DNA of 43,807 nt. It comes from a virus. Under the pieces are notes generated by a model. The model was not told the origin of the DNA. It ran no database searches and saw nothing but the letters and a program-made list of their open reading frames with translations. The DNA is taken from positions 454,762-498,568 of IMG/VR virus record IMGVR_UViG_3300020429_000529; one strand, given 5' to 3'. Each line of letters starts with the position of its first letter. Positions within the stretch are counted from its first letter, which is position 1. Shown here one piece after another: positions 1 through 8,868 of this stretch. The translations under genes were made by a program, and so were the position numbers.

Positions 1-2
1 AG

Positions 3-1094
3 CCTTCGGACGAGGATCGCGTCGCTTACTGCGAGCGTCAGGTCCAGACTTCATCGAACAAGGCCAAGGCCAAGCAGACTTGGGGTTCTTTCCATCGCGG
101 CGGCAAGATGGTCAAGTCCAAGTTCGATGCCTACCTCAAGCTGCGCAATCAGCGGTTGAAGGAACAGGTACGGCGCGCTCGCAAGCAGGAGCAGTATCGT
201 CGCGAAAAGGCCGATGCTGCGGGCAGCCGAACCGAGGGCTTCGGCGGCGGCGGTTCTGTCCACGACATTCAGGAGCGGGCGGTCAGCCGTATCTCGACCG
301 GCGTTCCTACGCTCGATGAAATCTTCGGGTCCAACATGGGCGAGGAGACCTGCGGCATTCCTATCGGGACGACTACGCTGTTGGGCGGCGAGTATGGGGT
401 TGGCAAGACCCGAACGCTCGTTTGGCTTTCGGCGGTCATGTCTCGACCTGAGGGCGAGGCGGATGGGCAGGGTCATCGGGTCTTGTACCAGCAGGGCGAA
501 ATGCCGCCGGATATCTTCAAGACCAACTACATTCGGGCGGTCTTGGAGGGTTCCGAGGATATGTTCGTCTACGGCGATCTGAGTCTCGGCGCGCAGATTG
601 ACCGCATGTATGAGGTCATGCCGAAGTTGGTCATCGTTGACTCGTACCAGATGATTGCGGAGACCAGCAATCAGCGGGGCGCTCAGCGGGTCATTGATCG
701 CATGGCCGAGGTTGGGGCTGAGATTGGATGCGCTGTCATCTTCATTAGCCACCTCAACGCTGCGGGCGAGATCAAGGGCGGTACGAACATTCCCCACATG
801 GTGGATATCGTTATGACCGCGAAGAAGATGGTCAACCCGCAAGAATTCATGATTTCCTGTCCGAAGAAGAATCGCTTTGGGCCTACTGGTAGGTCTGCCA
901 TGTTTGCTCATGGCGAGTCGAAGATCATTCCGTTTACGCCTGGCAGCCGTACTTTGACGACTGGTAAGCGGAGCCTCGCGACGATTCAGCGTCCGAACCT
1001 GGATCAGCCGCGCAGACCTGCAACGGTCGGCGGTCGAGGGGCGGCTATTGATGTACCTCGCATCGACGCGCAGACGCCCGTTGATGAGGAGTAA
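3..1094 (+). CDS. DnaB-like replicative helicase, C-terminal RecA-fold domain. The 5' end is truncated by the window edge.
   Basis: The frame is open from the window start. Walker A is GGEYGVGKT. KLVIVDSYQM and IFISHLN resemble the DnaB IIDYLQLM and SQLNR motifs. GC3 is high. Confidence 0.6.
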   Translation, partial: PSDEDRVAYCERQVQTSSNKAKAKQTWGSFHRGGKMVKSKFDAYLKLRNQRLKEQVRRARKQEQYRREKADAAGSRTEGFGGGGSVHDIQERAVSRISTGVPTLDEIFGSNMGEETCGIPIGTTTLLGGEYGVGKTRTLVWLSAVMSRPEGEADGQGHRVLYQQGEMPPDIFKTNYIRAVLEGSEDMFVYGDLSLGAQIDRMYEVMPKLVIVDSYQMIAETSNQRGAQRVIDRMAEVGAEIGCAVIFISHLNAAGEIKGGTNIPHMVDIVMTAKKMVNPQEFMISCPKKNRFGPTGRSAMFAHGESKIIPFTPGSRTLTTGKRSLATIQRPNLDQPRRPATVGGRGAAIDVPRIDAQTPVDEE

Positions 1095-1143
1095 GAACCA
1101 TCTGAGTCCGCGGGCACTATGGGGATAGTTGCTTTGCGGGTGC

Positions 1144-1172
1144 TTGACGGTCCCTCAGTCTCTCGTTAGACT
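1144..1172 (+). promoter_or_regulatory. σ70-like promoter: TTGACG, 17-nt spacer, TAGACT
   Basis: The hexamers and spacing were read directly. CCACTGAC follows at 1193-1200, and the 1278 gene has an AAGGAGA Shine-Dalgarno site. Confidence 0.45.
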
Positions 1173-1277
1173 GGGGGATCGATTCATGGGAGCCACTGAC
1201 GGATTGCGGCTCTCGACAAAGCGGACGAATGGGCAACTCCGCCCGAAACATGTTCACCTCCAACAAGGAGAAGTATC

Positions 1278-2561
1278 ATGACTGCAACCGCTACCGCGCC
1301 GCCTGAGGGCGGCATTCGTTTGACCGAGGGGAGAAATCCCTTCCGTACCGAGGGGCGCGTCGCGCCCAACGGAAACGGCGTTGAGGATCGGATCTACGAT
1401 CCGAGCGATCTGCTCGGAGAGTTGGCCGCCCGCGCCGAGGATCGGCAGGACTTGCTGATCACCGACCCCACCGATGCTCGCATGACCTGGGAGCCGACGA
1501 ATGAGGCGACGGGAGTCAAGGGGCATTTCCGCCTCGCTCCCGAGAACCTCAGCCCCGGCGTTCTGCGGGACTACCTCGAACAGCATGGCGCTGTCGAGTT
1601 CGGATGGGGTTCGACGGCGCATCGTTCGCTCTGCAAGCTGATGGATACCACGCCCGAGCGCTACCGCAAGATGGGAGACAATCCCGAGCGGCGGTTCCTT
1701 GGCGAGGTTCGGGACTGGTTCTCGCATCCGCGCGAGGGCAACAACGGTTTCATCGTTCGTACCGAGAGCGAGGGTGCCAAGCGCGTCGTCAACGGCTTCG
1801 TTCCTGGTAACTTCAATACCTTGGACGAGTACGCCATTGTCGCGACGATCATGGAGCAGTTGGACAGCGCCAAGCAATACATCAACGGCGTGAATGTCCT
1901 CAACGATCCTCGTCGCGCTACTTCCTCGTTCCGAGTCATCTTCGGCGATCCGGTGATCAACCGCGATCAGCATGATCCGGCGTCTGACCTGTTCTGCATG
2001 TTGGACATTCGGTACTCGCCGATCGGCTTTACTTCGTTCGAGGCTTCCTTGGCGCTCTGGCGTCTGATCTGCCGCAACGGTATGATGCGGCGAGACCTGG
2101 ACTTCCTGCGCGTCAAGTGGGGTCAGCATTACCGCGAGAACGAGGATGCTTCCCACCGTCGTCTGTTCGATCGTACTGCCGAGGTCGTCGGCAAGGTCGA
2201 GCAGTTTGCTCCCATGATTGCCGCCAGCGTCAGCGACCTGCCTTCCAAGGCGCTTGGCGAGCAGCCCGAGGAAATCGTTTCGGCCCTCAACCGCATGCGC
2301 CTGCTTCCGCAGAAGCATCACGACCTGTCGTTGGCGCGGTTGGAGGCTCGGGTCGATGGACCTGTCACGACCGAGTGGGACATGCTGAATGTTCTGACCC
2401 GTTCGGCTCATGACCTGCCTTCGATCTCCGAGCGTCAGCAGGGCGAGCATCGCGCTATGCGTTTGGCGATGCAACCCGAAGCGTTCACGGGTGTTGTTCA
2501 GGCGGGACTCGATGAGACCATTGCCAAGGGCGACCTTGGCGATCTCGCCCGCCGCAACTGA
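1278..2561 (+). CDS. hypothetical protein (427 aa)
   Basis: An AAGGAGA Shine-Dalgarno site lies 7 nt upstream. GC3 bias is strong. A terminator hairpin follows. Confidence 0.75.
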   Translation: MTATATAPPEGGIRLTEGRNPFRTEGRVAPNGNGVEDRIYDPSDLLGELAARAEDRQDLLITDPTDARMTWEPTNEATGVKGHFRLAPENLSPGVLRDYLEQHGAVEFGWGSTAHRSLCKLMDTTPERYRKMGDNPERRFLGEVRDWFSHPREGNNGFIVRTESEGAKRVVNGFVPGNFNTLDEYAIVATIMEQLDSAKQYINGVNVLNDPRRATSSFRVIFGDPVINRDQHDPASDLFCMLDIRYSPIGFTSFEASLALWRLICRNGMMRRDLDFLRVKWGQHYRENEDASHRRLFDRTAEVVGKVEQFAPMIAASVSDLPSKALGEQPEEIVSALNRMRLLPQKHHDLSLARLEARVDGPVTTEWDMLNVLTRSAHDLPSISERQQGEHRAMRLAMQPEAFTGVVQAGLDETIAKGDLGDLARRN

Positions 2562-2604
2562 GTTTCCAAGGATCGGGCACTCAGGTCGCTCGTTCGTCCC
2601 TTCG

Positions 2605-2640
2605 CCCCTCCCGTCGTCAAGGCGGGAGGGGTTGTTGTTT
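2605..2640 (+). terminator. rho-independent terminator
   Basis: Hairpin CCCCTCCCG...CGGGAGGGG followed by TTGTTGTTT. Confidence 0.6.
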
Positions 2641-2681
2641 AAGGGGTCTGTTTGATAGTTGAGAGAATGCGGGGAAATTTG

Positions 2682-2709
2682 TTGACTTATCAGGTGGCTG
2701 TTCTATCCT
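2682..2709 (+). promoter_or_regulatory. σ70-like promoter: TTGACT, 16-nt spacer, TATCCT
   Basis: Read directly. CCACTGAC lies at 2720-2727, just downstream of the predicted transcription start. Confidence 0.45.
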
Positions 2710-2835
2710 GTGAGTATTGCCACTGACGGGTTGGCCGTTGGCGGCATAGTAACGAAGGGACGGAGTTGAAAGCAGTCTTTAGCTCTCGTCTTTGGAAGAC
2801 TCCAAACCTGACTGCATGACGAAGGATGGAAGCAA

Positions 2836-3504
2836 ATGGCTTCGAAGAAGAACAGCGGCAACGGCGGCTCCGGCGGTTCCACCCCGACCCTCGACAGCGC
2901 GACGACCGGCGCGATCGAGCAGCTTACCTCGGTCGCTCAGGGCGCTGTCGCGACTGCCCAGACTCACTCCGAGGCGCTCGCCACGGCGCAGACGGGCCTC
3001 GATGAGGCGATCGCTCAGGCGACGGCTGCCAACGAGCGGATCGTCGCTCTCGGCGGCACGCCCATCGAGATCCCCTCGTCCAACGGAACGGCGACGGCGA
3101 CCGCTCCGAGGCGTCGGCGCAACAGCGGCGGTCGGTCGAGTTCGAGCGCGCCTCGTACCAGCGGTCGGCGTCGTCCTCGCAACCCCTACGACTTCCCGAC
3201 CAGCATTCTGATCGCGATGGCTGGCAGTCGCGTCGGCACCGAGTTCGACAACGCTGCGATCCAGGCGGCGCTCCGCATCAACCAGGACGGCGGCTTCCGT
3301 ACCAACGCCAACGAGACCTCGCTGCGGACGCAGATCACGCAGAACATCGGGCGCGTCATGGACGGCAACCACGAGGCTCCGAAGGGTTCGTTCGTCCAGG
3401 TCCGTCGCGGCGTCTACGCCATCACCTCCGAGGGCAAGGCGTTCGTCAAGGGCTGCTCCCTCGCCGATGCGGTCGAGGCCGACGAGAGCGAGTCGTCCGA
3501 CTGA
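2836..3504 (+). CDS. DNA-binding protein with a Gly/Ser/Arg-rich N-terminus and a C-terminal Mrr_N-like winged helix
   Basis: Shine-Dalgarno site AAGGA. The C-terminus reads ...RTQITQNIGRVMDG...VQVRRGVYAITSEGKAFV, which matches the Mrr N-terminal winged-helix pattern. An RRRR/RRRPR tract is present. A terminator follows. Confidence 0.7.
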   Translation: MASKKNSGNGGSGGSTPTLDSATTGAIEQLTSVAQGAVATAQTHSEALATAQTGLDEAIAQATAANERIVALGGTPIEIPSSNGTATATAPRRRRNSGGRSSSSAPRTSGRRRPRNPYDFPTSILIAMAGSRVGTEFDNAAIQAALRINQDGGFRTNANETSLRTQITQNIGRVMDGNHEAPKGSFVQVRRGVYAITSEGKAFVKGCSLADAVEADESESSD

Positions 3505-3529
3505 CGACAGCCTCGGGCACGACTTCAAG

Positions 3530-3561
3530 GCCGTCGCTCCTTCGGGGGCGGCGGCTTTTTT
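3530..3561 (+). terminator. rho-independent terminator
   Basis: GCCGTCGCTCC, TTCG loop, GGGGCGGCGGC, then TTTTTT. Confidence 0.75.
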
Positions 3562-3587
3562 GCGCGAAATCCGATCGTTGGGGTTAT

Positions 3588-3599
3588 CAAAGATAGGTG
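3588..3599 (+). promoter_or_regulatory. CAAAGATAGGTG 12-mer, copy 1
   Basis: Exact 12-mer, downstream of the 3530-3561 terminator. Confidence 0.6.
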
Positions 3600-3845
3600 G
3601 GCGGCGTATACATAGTGGAGGGGAAGGATTCCTCTAACTGGGGCCTCGGCGCTATGGAGTTGGCGTCGGGGCCTTTTTCTTTCCGCATCTGCCCATGAGG
3701 GCTGTCTCGCTGACATCTATGGCAGACGGCTTCTCCTTGCCGTTGGGAAACTCGGTCGGCGGCGTCTCGTCGGGCGTCGTCGGCTTTACTCGCCACTGAC
3801 GGGCGGAACAATCGGGCATTTGCGTCATTCCCTGAAAGGACTCGG

Positions 3846-5405
3846 ATGCCTCAGATCACCCTCCCCAAATCGTTCTTCACCAAAGAGCGCGACAATCTCT
3901 ACTCTGACTGGCGGACCGCGTTCTGGCGCGAGGACTTCCAGAACAGCATCGACGCGGGCGCAACCGAGATCCGTATCTCCTTCGAGCAGATGGGAGATGA
4001 TCTCGCTGTCGAGTTCATCGACAATGGCTGCGGCATGACCCGAGATGTCATCGAGAATGTCTTTTTCGCGCTCGGAGAGACCACCAAGACCGGCAGCACG
4101 ACAGGCGGCTTCGGACGCGCCCGCATTCTGACATGCTTCGCTATGGGCTCTTACGAGTTCTGGACTGGCAACCTGCATGTTACGGGCGATGGCGCAAACT
4201 ACAACATCAACGACAACCAGCCTCATGTCAGCGGATGCCGCTTCCGAGTCGTCATCAACAACGAGACGGCAGAGAAGATGCGGACGGCGCTGAAGAAGGT
4301 TCTGCTGATGTCGCAGATGTCCTGCCATGTCTTCGTCGATGGCGAGCGTTGGACGAACTGGCTCCACAAGCGCCGGCTCGTCAAGACTGCGAGCTACGGC
4401 AGCATCCATGTCAACAAGAACGGACAGTTCACGAACCAGGTTATCGTCCGAGTCAATGGTCTTTGGATGTATTCCATCTACTGCGAGGCCAAGGCGCAGG
4501 TGATCGTCGAGATCGATCCGACCAAGAGCCGAGAGGTTTTGACCGTCAACCGAGACGGCATGCACTACAACTACAGCAACGACCTGCAATCATTCATCAA
4601 CGAGTTGGCTGTCGATACTCGATCGGCGCTGCGGGCACGCAGGCGCAAGACTCGGCTCATCGAAGGAACCGGCGTTCATACGACATCCCGTCCCATCGAC
4701 ATCCCGCAGAACGATTGGGAGGAAACCGCTCCTTCTGACACGATCTCTGTCGGCAACAATGTCGCTGTCGCTGCTGGCGGTACGATCGCCGCTGCGATCC
4801 AGGTCAACAGAGCGCAGTCGGTTCATGCCAACGAGGTTGAGTCTGAGATCATCAAGGGAGAGCAGATCGAGACTGGTCTGCCTGCGATCTACATCAACGA
4901 CGAGACCGATCCGATGGATCTGTCCCATGCGGCTGTTCGCAAGATCATCGACAACTTCGACCCGACCCGTTGGGTGCATGCGGTCAAGAAGGTTCGCGGG
5001 CACGAGCAGCCCTACCGCAAGGGAGCGAACTATCTCAAGCTGCTGATCGCATGGGAGGCATGTTGTCTTGAGGCGATCAAGGCGCTGCTGAACACGGACT
5101 ACGCTCCGCAGCAGTTGCGCTGGTTGGTCGGTTGGACGTTCTCTTTCGAGGACGGCGCATGTCATGTTGGTCTGTCGGAGGGTCATGCTCTTTGCTTGAA
5201 CCCTGTCAAGAAGGACGGCAAGCTGCGCTACAAGACCAGAGATCGCAGCGATCAGATTCGTCTGATGGCTCTTGCCAAGCATGAGGTTGCGCATGTCATC
5301 GTTGGTCCCCATAATGAGGACTATGCGGCGGTATTGACAGCAATCGACAGTCACTTCGATGCGCAGTCATGTTTCAAGGCGATTCGTCAAGCGCTTGCTG
5401 CATAA
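3846..5405 (+). CDS. GHKL-family (HATPase_c) ATPase-domain protein with a C-terminal HExxH motif
   Basis: Bergerat-fold motifs are present: EDFQNSIDAG, DNGCGM and GGFGRARIL. The C-terminus contains KHEVAHVIVGPH. A Shine-Dalgarno site AAAGGA precedes the start. Confidence 0.7.
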   Translation: MPQITLPKSFFTKERDNLYSDWRTAFWREDFQNSIDAGATEIRISFEQMGDDLAVEFIDNGCGMTRDVIENVFFALGETTKTGSTTGGFGRARILTCFAMGSYEFWTGNLHVTGDGANYNINDNQPHVSGCRFRVVINNETAEKMRTALKKVLLMSQMSCHVFVDGERWTNWLHKRRLVKTASYGSIHVNKNGQFTNQVIVRVNGLWMYSIYCEAKAQVIVEIDPTKSREVLTVNRDGMHYNYSNDLQSFINELAVDTRSALRARRRKTRLIEGTGVHTTSRPIDIPQNDWEETAPSDTISVGNNVAVAAGGTIAAAIQVNRAQSVHANEVESEIIKGEQIETGLPAIYINDETDPMDLSHAAVRKIIDNFDPTRWVHAVKKVRGHEQPYRKGANYLKLLIAWEACCLEAIKALLNTDYAPQQLRWLVGWTFSFEDGACHVGLSEGHALCLNPVKKDGKLRYKTRDRSDQIRLMALAKHEVAHVIVGPHNEDYAAVLTAIDSHFDAQSCFKAIRQALAA

Positions 5406-5465
5406 GGGTTTACGATAATGTCGCGAAAAATATCAAGAAACATGGAACACCAGAACGATGACGAC

Positions 5466-5494
5466 TTGCAAGCTCGATGAGAACTTGCTAATCT
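5466..5494 (+). promoter_or_regulatory. σ70-like promoter: TTGCAA, 17-nt spacer, TAATCT
   Basis: Read directly. It sits in an AT-richer intergenic stretch upstream of the 5579 gene. Confidence 0.4.
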
Positions 5495-5578
5495 GTCTCG
5501 ACCGAGCAACTCGGAAGCACAAAAACCAGGCGTGACGTTTGCCTCATACTCTCAAGGACGAGATAGGGAGGAAGAGAG

Positions 5579-6181
5579 ATGGCACTATGCATCCCAGACA
5601 ACCAGCCCATCGCACCGATGTGCAAGGAAGTAGTAGACGAATGTTGGGCGAAACGCGTACCTCCGGCTCTTGTCGCAGATCACATTACGCAGGTCGTCGA
5701 ACGGAAGATCGAGATCACAGGCATGACGCCTGGCGCAGCGAGAGACAATGTAATCGCTCTCTTGATTGAGAACGAGTACCGTTACAGCCTCGAAGACCAT
5801 CTCATCGTTTTGTCGCGCATGATTGAGAAGGGCGAAGTTGACCTGGACATTTACGCGCCTCAAGATACCCGCATCGACGATCTCCGCATGGTACATGACG
5901 GTAAGTGGGGCGAGGAGAAGGATGAGGTCGCAGAAGACATCCTGACGCCTGCCATCGATCAGGTTGTGGAAACTGGCGGGTTGACGAGGCTGATGCTTGC
6001 GGCGCAGACGGGAGACCTGGATGAGGTCATGCGTCTTGTCGAGATCGAATGCGCCGACACGCAGATCAGGTGCAACAGCAAGATGAATGCGTATCAGCGG
6101 GCACGGGACATGGGTTGGTTCGAGGTCTCAGACTACCTTGAGCAGTTCGAATCCACTGACGAGCTTGCTGAGGCTGTCTAA
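5579..6181 (+). CDS. hypothetical protein with an ankyrin-like repeat
   Basis: Shine-Dalgarno site GGGAGG. The C-terminus contains an ankyrin-like segment, GLTRLMLAAQTGDLDEVMRLVE. Confidence 0.6.
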   Translation: MALCIPDNQPIAPMCKEVVDECWAKRVPPALVADHITQVVERKIEITGMTPGAARDNVIALLIENEYRYSLEDHLIVLSRMIEKGEVDLDIYAPQDTRIDDLRMVHDGKWGEEKDEVAEDILTPAIDQVVETGGLTRLMLAAQTGDLDEVMRLVEIECADTQIRCNSKMNAYQRARDMGWFEVSDYLEQFESTDELAEAV

Positions 6182-6183
6182 CC

Positions 6184-6366
6184 ATGGAAGCTTCGAAGGA
6201 CATTCTGTTCGTCGCCGATTACCGGGGCTCGAAGAGACGGTGGAAGGTGGTCCGTCGTTACGGAGGAGGCTGGCTCTGTAGCCTTGAGGACGACGCAGCC
6301 GTCACCGCTGAGTTCACGGACGCATCGGTCAAGTTCGGTCGAGCAAGGCTCCTGGTGGAGTCCTGA
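6184..6366 (+). CDS. small hypothetical protein (60 aa)
   Basis: Tightly packed after the previous stop. GC3 is high. Confidence 0.45.
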   Translation: MEASKDILFVADYRGSKRRWKVVRRYGGGWLCSLEDDAAVTAEFTDASVKFGRARLLVES

Positions 6367-6383
6367 TCGATTAGAATGAGGCC

Positions 6384-6626
6384 ATGCATGAAGGCCCTCA
6401 AAAGAAGCAGAAGAAGCAGAAGACGACCAAGATGCAATACATGGTCTGGTGGAAGCCAGACGGCAAGAAGCGTCTTGAGTTCGGTCCTGTCTACAACAAG
6501 AAGGTAGCGAAGCGGGACGCTTTCCATTACCAGGCTCTCTACGGAGAAGCAAACGCTGGCTGGGAAGTCTACGATCCGAATCGAGATCGTCCTCGTCGAG
6601 ACTATCGGAGCAGGCGGTACGACTGA
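6384..6626 (+). CDS. small Lys-rich hypothetical protein (80 aa)
   Basis: GC3 is high. The stop overlaps the next start (ATGA). Confidence 0.5.
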   Translation: MHEGPQKKQKKQKTTKMQYMVWWKPDGKKRLEFGPVYNKKVAKRDAFHYQALYGEANAGWEVYDPNRDRPRRDYRSRRYD

Positions 6627-7264
6627 TGAAGGTGCTGGGCGACATCCATGGTCGCCTGCATGAACTCGCTCGGGTCATGAGATCCGTTGAGGGCGAAGTT
6701 CTCTGTGTAGGCGATGTAGGCATCGGATTCTCTGGCGTTGGCCAGAACCCATCGCTATCGAAGCGCTTCTGGTTTATCCGCGGCAACCATGACTGGCCCT
6801 ACTGGTGCAAGAAGCACCCGCAGTTCGCTGCCGACTACGGCATGTGGCGGGGCGTCTTCGTCATCGGAGGAGCCCGCTCGGTCGATCAGGCTGACAGGGT
6901 TGAGGGCAAGTCTTGGTGGCGGGATGAGGAGCTTTCTCATCGCGAGTGCGAAGAGGCGCTGGCTCTCTACGAGCAGGCGAAACCCAGGGTTGTCGTGTCG
7001 CATGACTGTCCCTTCAGCATTCAGCCTGAACTGAAGCGCCATGTGGTCAAGGGTAATCCGTTCCTTGAGGTATACGGCGAGCCTCGTCCGTATCCGCAGA
7101 CGGTCATGATGGACAAGATGTTGGAGGTTCATCAACCTGATCTTTGGTTGTTCGGGCACTGGCATACGAAATGGCAGAAGCAGGTTGGGAAGACGCTGTT
7201 CCGTTGCGTACACATCTTCGAGCTTGTAGACATCCCTGAGGAGCTACTTGATGGGGCGACGTGA
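6626..7264 (+). CDS. calcineurin-like metallophosphoesterase (Ser/Thr phosphatase family)
   Basis: GDIHG, VGDVG, GNHD and GHWH motifs are present. Confidence 0.8.
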   Translation: MKVLGDIHGRLHELARVMRSVEGEVLCVGDVGIGFSGVGQNPSLSKRFWFIRGNHDWPYWCKKHPQFAADYGMWRGVFVIGGARSVDQADRVEGKSWWRDEELSHRECEEALALYEQAKPRVVVSHDCPFSIQPELKRHVVKGNPFLEVYGEPRPYPQTVMMDKMLEVHQPDLWLFGHWHTKWQKQVGKTLFRCVHIFELVDIPEELLDGAT

Positions 7265-7661
7265 ACTGATGGTCTGGCTGGGGATGCCTCACGTCAACTG
7301 GTCAAAGATGTTCGAGTTGGTTGACGGGCTTGGCGTCATTGATGTGCTTGTTCGTTTGCTGTTTTGCGGCTTTGCGCTGAACGCTGTTGTCGAGCAGGGT
7401 TGGTATGGCTTCAGCATGGTGTCGCTGTTTGGCTTCATCATGTTCTTTTGCGCCTTCGGCGTTCTCCTTGCCATTCGGAAATGGGCTGGGTATATGCCGG
7501 GTCTCTGGGTGCTGCCGAACCCCATCTCCGCCGCCTTTCTGTGGTGGTTCTGCATTTGGACGAAGGGCGGAACGGATCTGCTCGTTCTGATCTGGCGTCC
7601 GTCGAAGGATGCGGGCACTCGTTTGCCTTTGCCCACTGACCAAATCCTGTCCTACGGATAG
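7248..7661 (+). CDS. integral membrane protein
   Basis: Several hydrophobic helices. It overlaps the upstream gene. Confidence 0.5.
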   Translation: MMGRRELMVWLGMPHVNWSKMFELVDGLGVIDVLVRLLFCGFALNAVVEQGWYGFSMVSLFGFIMFFCAFGVLLAIRKWAGYMPGLWVLPNPISAAFLWWFCIWTKGGTDLLVLIWRPSKDAGTRLPLPTDQILSYG

Positions 7662-7663
7662 TC

Positions 7664-8065
7664 ATGGCGATCCCTCGCATCGTAACTCGGATTACGAATC
7701 ATGCGAAGCCGAAGTATCAGTTCTACTTCCCTGGCTTCAATGAGGGGAACTCATGCTGGCTTGACGGAGGCTGGGTCACTGTTTCGAAGGAAGAGTTCGA
7801 TCGGGATGGCGCTGCTCATCAGGCTGAATGGGGCGATGTACGAGACCTGCAGAGGGGTCAGAATCATCGGGATCCTGGCACGCCTCGGGATCAGATGACT
7901 CCGAAGCAGCGACGAGCTTGGGAGCAGAACAGCGGAACGATCTACGTCGAGGCCGAGAAGGACGGCCATCGTCAGCGGATCGGTTTGAGTACGGCTGCTG
8001 GCGAGATCGATGCTGCGTCTCATCGTTGGATGGAGAAGCATGGATGGACGCTCGTCTCAGAGTAA
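7664..8065 (+). CDS. hypothetical protein (133 aa)
   Basis: ORF with moderate GC3. Confidence 0.45.
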   Translation: MAIPRIVTRITNHAKPKYQFYFPGFNEGNSCWLDGGWVTVSKEEFDRDGAAHQAEWGDVRDLQRGQNHRDPGTPRDQMTPKQRRAWEQNSGTIYVEAEKDGHRQRIGLSTAAGEIDAASHRWMEKHGWTLVSE

Positions 8066-8131
8066 TGGTCCACTGAATGGGCTTGCTGCTCAGATTTCTG
8101 CGCGAAAAAGCGTGGATTATTGAAGGAACTC

Positions 8132-8160
8132 CTTGACGGGTGCCGAAGAGAAGGGTACTA
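8132..8160 (+). promoter_or_regulatory. σ70-like promoter (TTGACG, 17-nt spacer, TACTAT) upstream of the tRNA cluster
   Basis: Read directly. Confidence 0.45.
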
Positions 8161-8338
8161 TGAGTCCCATGAGCGTATTCCGCTTACATCTCGGCCTGTT
8201 GCTTGCGTAAGGGGAAGACCCCCGCTAACGCATCTCTTGCGCCTTGAGATGACCTCAACCCACAACTGAAGAAACCGACTATCCCAAGAGGTGACAGCAG
8301 ACCGCGGTATGCTGATCGCTTGGCGGGGTAGCTCTTTT

Positions 8339-8420
8339 GGCCCCGTGGCGGAATTGGCAGACGCGCCAGATTTAGGATCTGGTTCCCTCGGGAGTGCAGG
8401 TTCGAAGCCTGTCGGGGCTA
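8339..8420 (+). tRNA. tRNA-Leu (anticodon TAG)
   Basis: Manual cloverleaf. The anticodon loop is TTTAGGA, the variable arm is long and the T-loop is TTCGAAG. The 1:72 pair is G:U. Confidence 0.75.
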
Positions 8421-8426
8421 TTTGAG

Positions 8427-8501
8427 GCCTGGGTGCGTCAATGTGGCAGAACGGCCAGCATGAGATGCTGGTGGATGGAGGTTCGAATCCTCTCTCAGGC
8501 A
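8427..8501 (+). tRNA. class-I tRNA (short variable loop) with anticodon GAG, identity uncertain
   Basis: The loop is ATGAGAT and the variable loop is 5 nt. The T-loop TTCGAAT is canonical. A73. Same scaffold as 9173-9247. Confidence 0.5.
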
Positions 8502-8514
8502 TTTGGAGACAGTC

Positions 8515-8670
8515 ATGACGGACGAAGCGAAGCAGGATCATGGAACATTCGTAGATCCCGCAGAAGCTCTGAAGCGGGCGTATGACGCAGCGCCAGAGAA
8601 GATGGCAGAGGTTCTCGGGGGCGAGCCTCATCCTCTGCCTGAGAAGAAGGACGAAGAAGACGACGACTGA
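8515..8670 (+). CDS. small acidic hypothetical protein (51 aa)
   Basis: A GGAGA Shine-Dalgarno site lies 7 nt upstream. GC3 is high. Not in the ORF track because it is under 60 aa. Confidence 0.4.
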   Translation: MTDEAKQDHGTFVDPAEALKRAYDAAPEKMAEVLGGEPHPLPEKKDEEDDD

Positions 8671-8677
8671 ACAACTT

Positions 8678-8757
8678 GGCCCTGTGGCGGAATTGGCAGA
8701 CGCGCCGGATTCAAAACCCGGTTCTTAGGAGTGCAGGTTCGACCCCTGTCAGGGCTA
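8678..8757 (+). tRNA. tRNA-Leu (anticodon CAA)
   Basis: The loop is TTCAAAA and the variable arm is long. Paralog of 8339-8420. Confidence 0.7.
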
Positions 8758-8868
8758 TTGGAAGGAAGAGACATGCTTTTACCTGGAAGACTTCAGCTTG
8801 CTCTTTTGCTCTCTGAGAAGATCAAGGCATGGCAAGAGCGAAGGAGGCTGAAGAAGGAGGCCTCATGA

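Noticed and set aside
3660-3706. 14-codon ORF MELASGPFSFRICP inside the candidate sRNA region
   Set aside because: It is too short and has no Shine-Dalgarno site. It is probably a chance ORF within a terminator hairpin.
8318-8338. Sequence GGCGGGGTAGCTC immediately upstream of tRNA-Leu(TAG), resembling a tRNA 5' end
   Set aside because: It is only 13 nt, with no matching 3' half. It is probably a fragment or chance.
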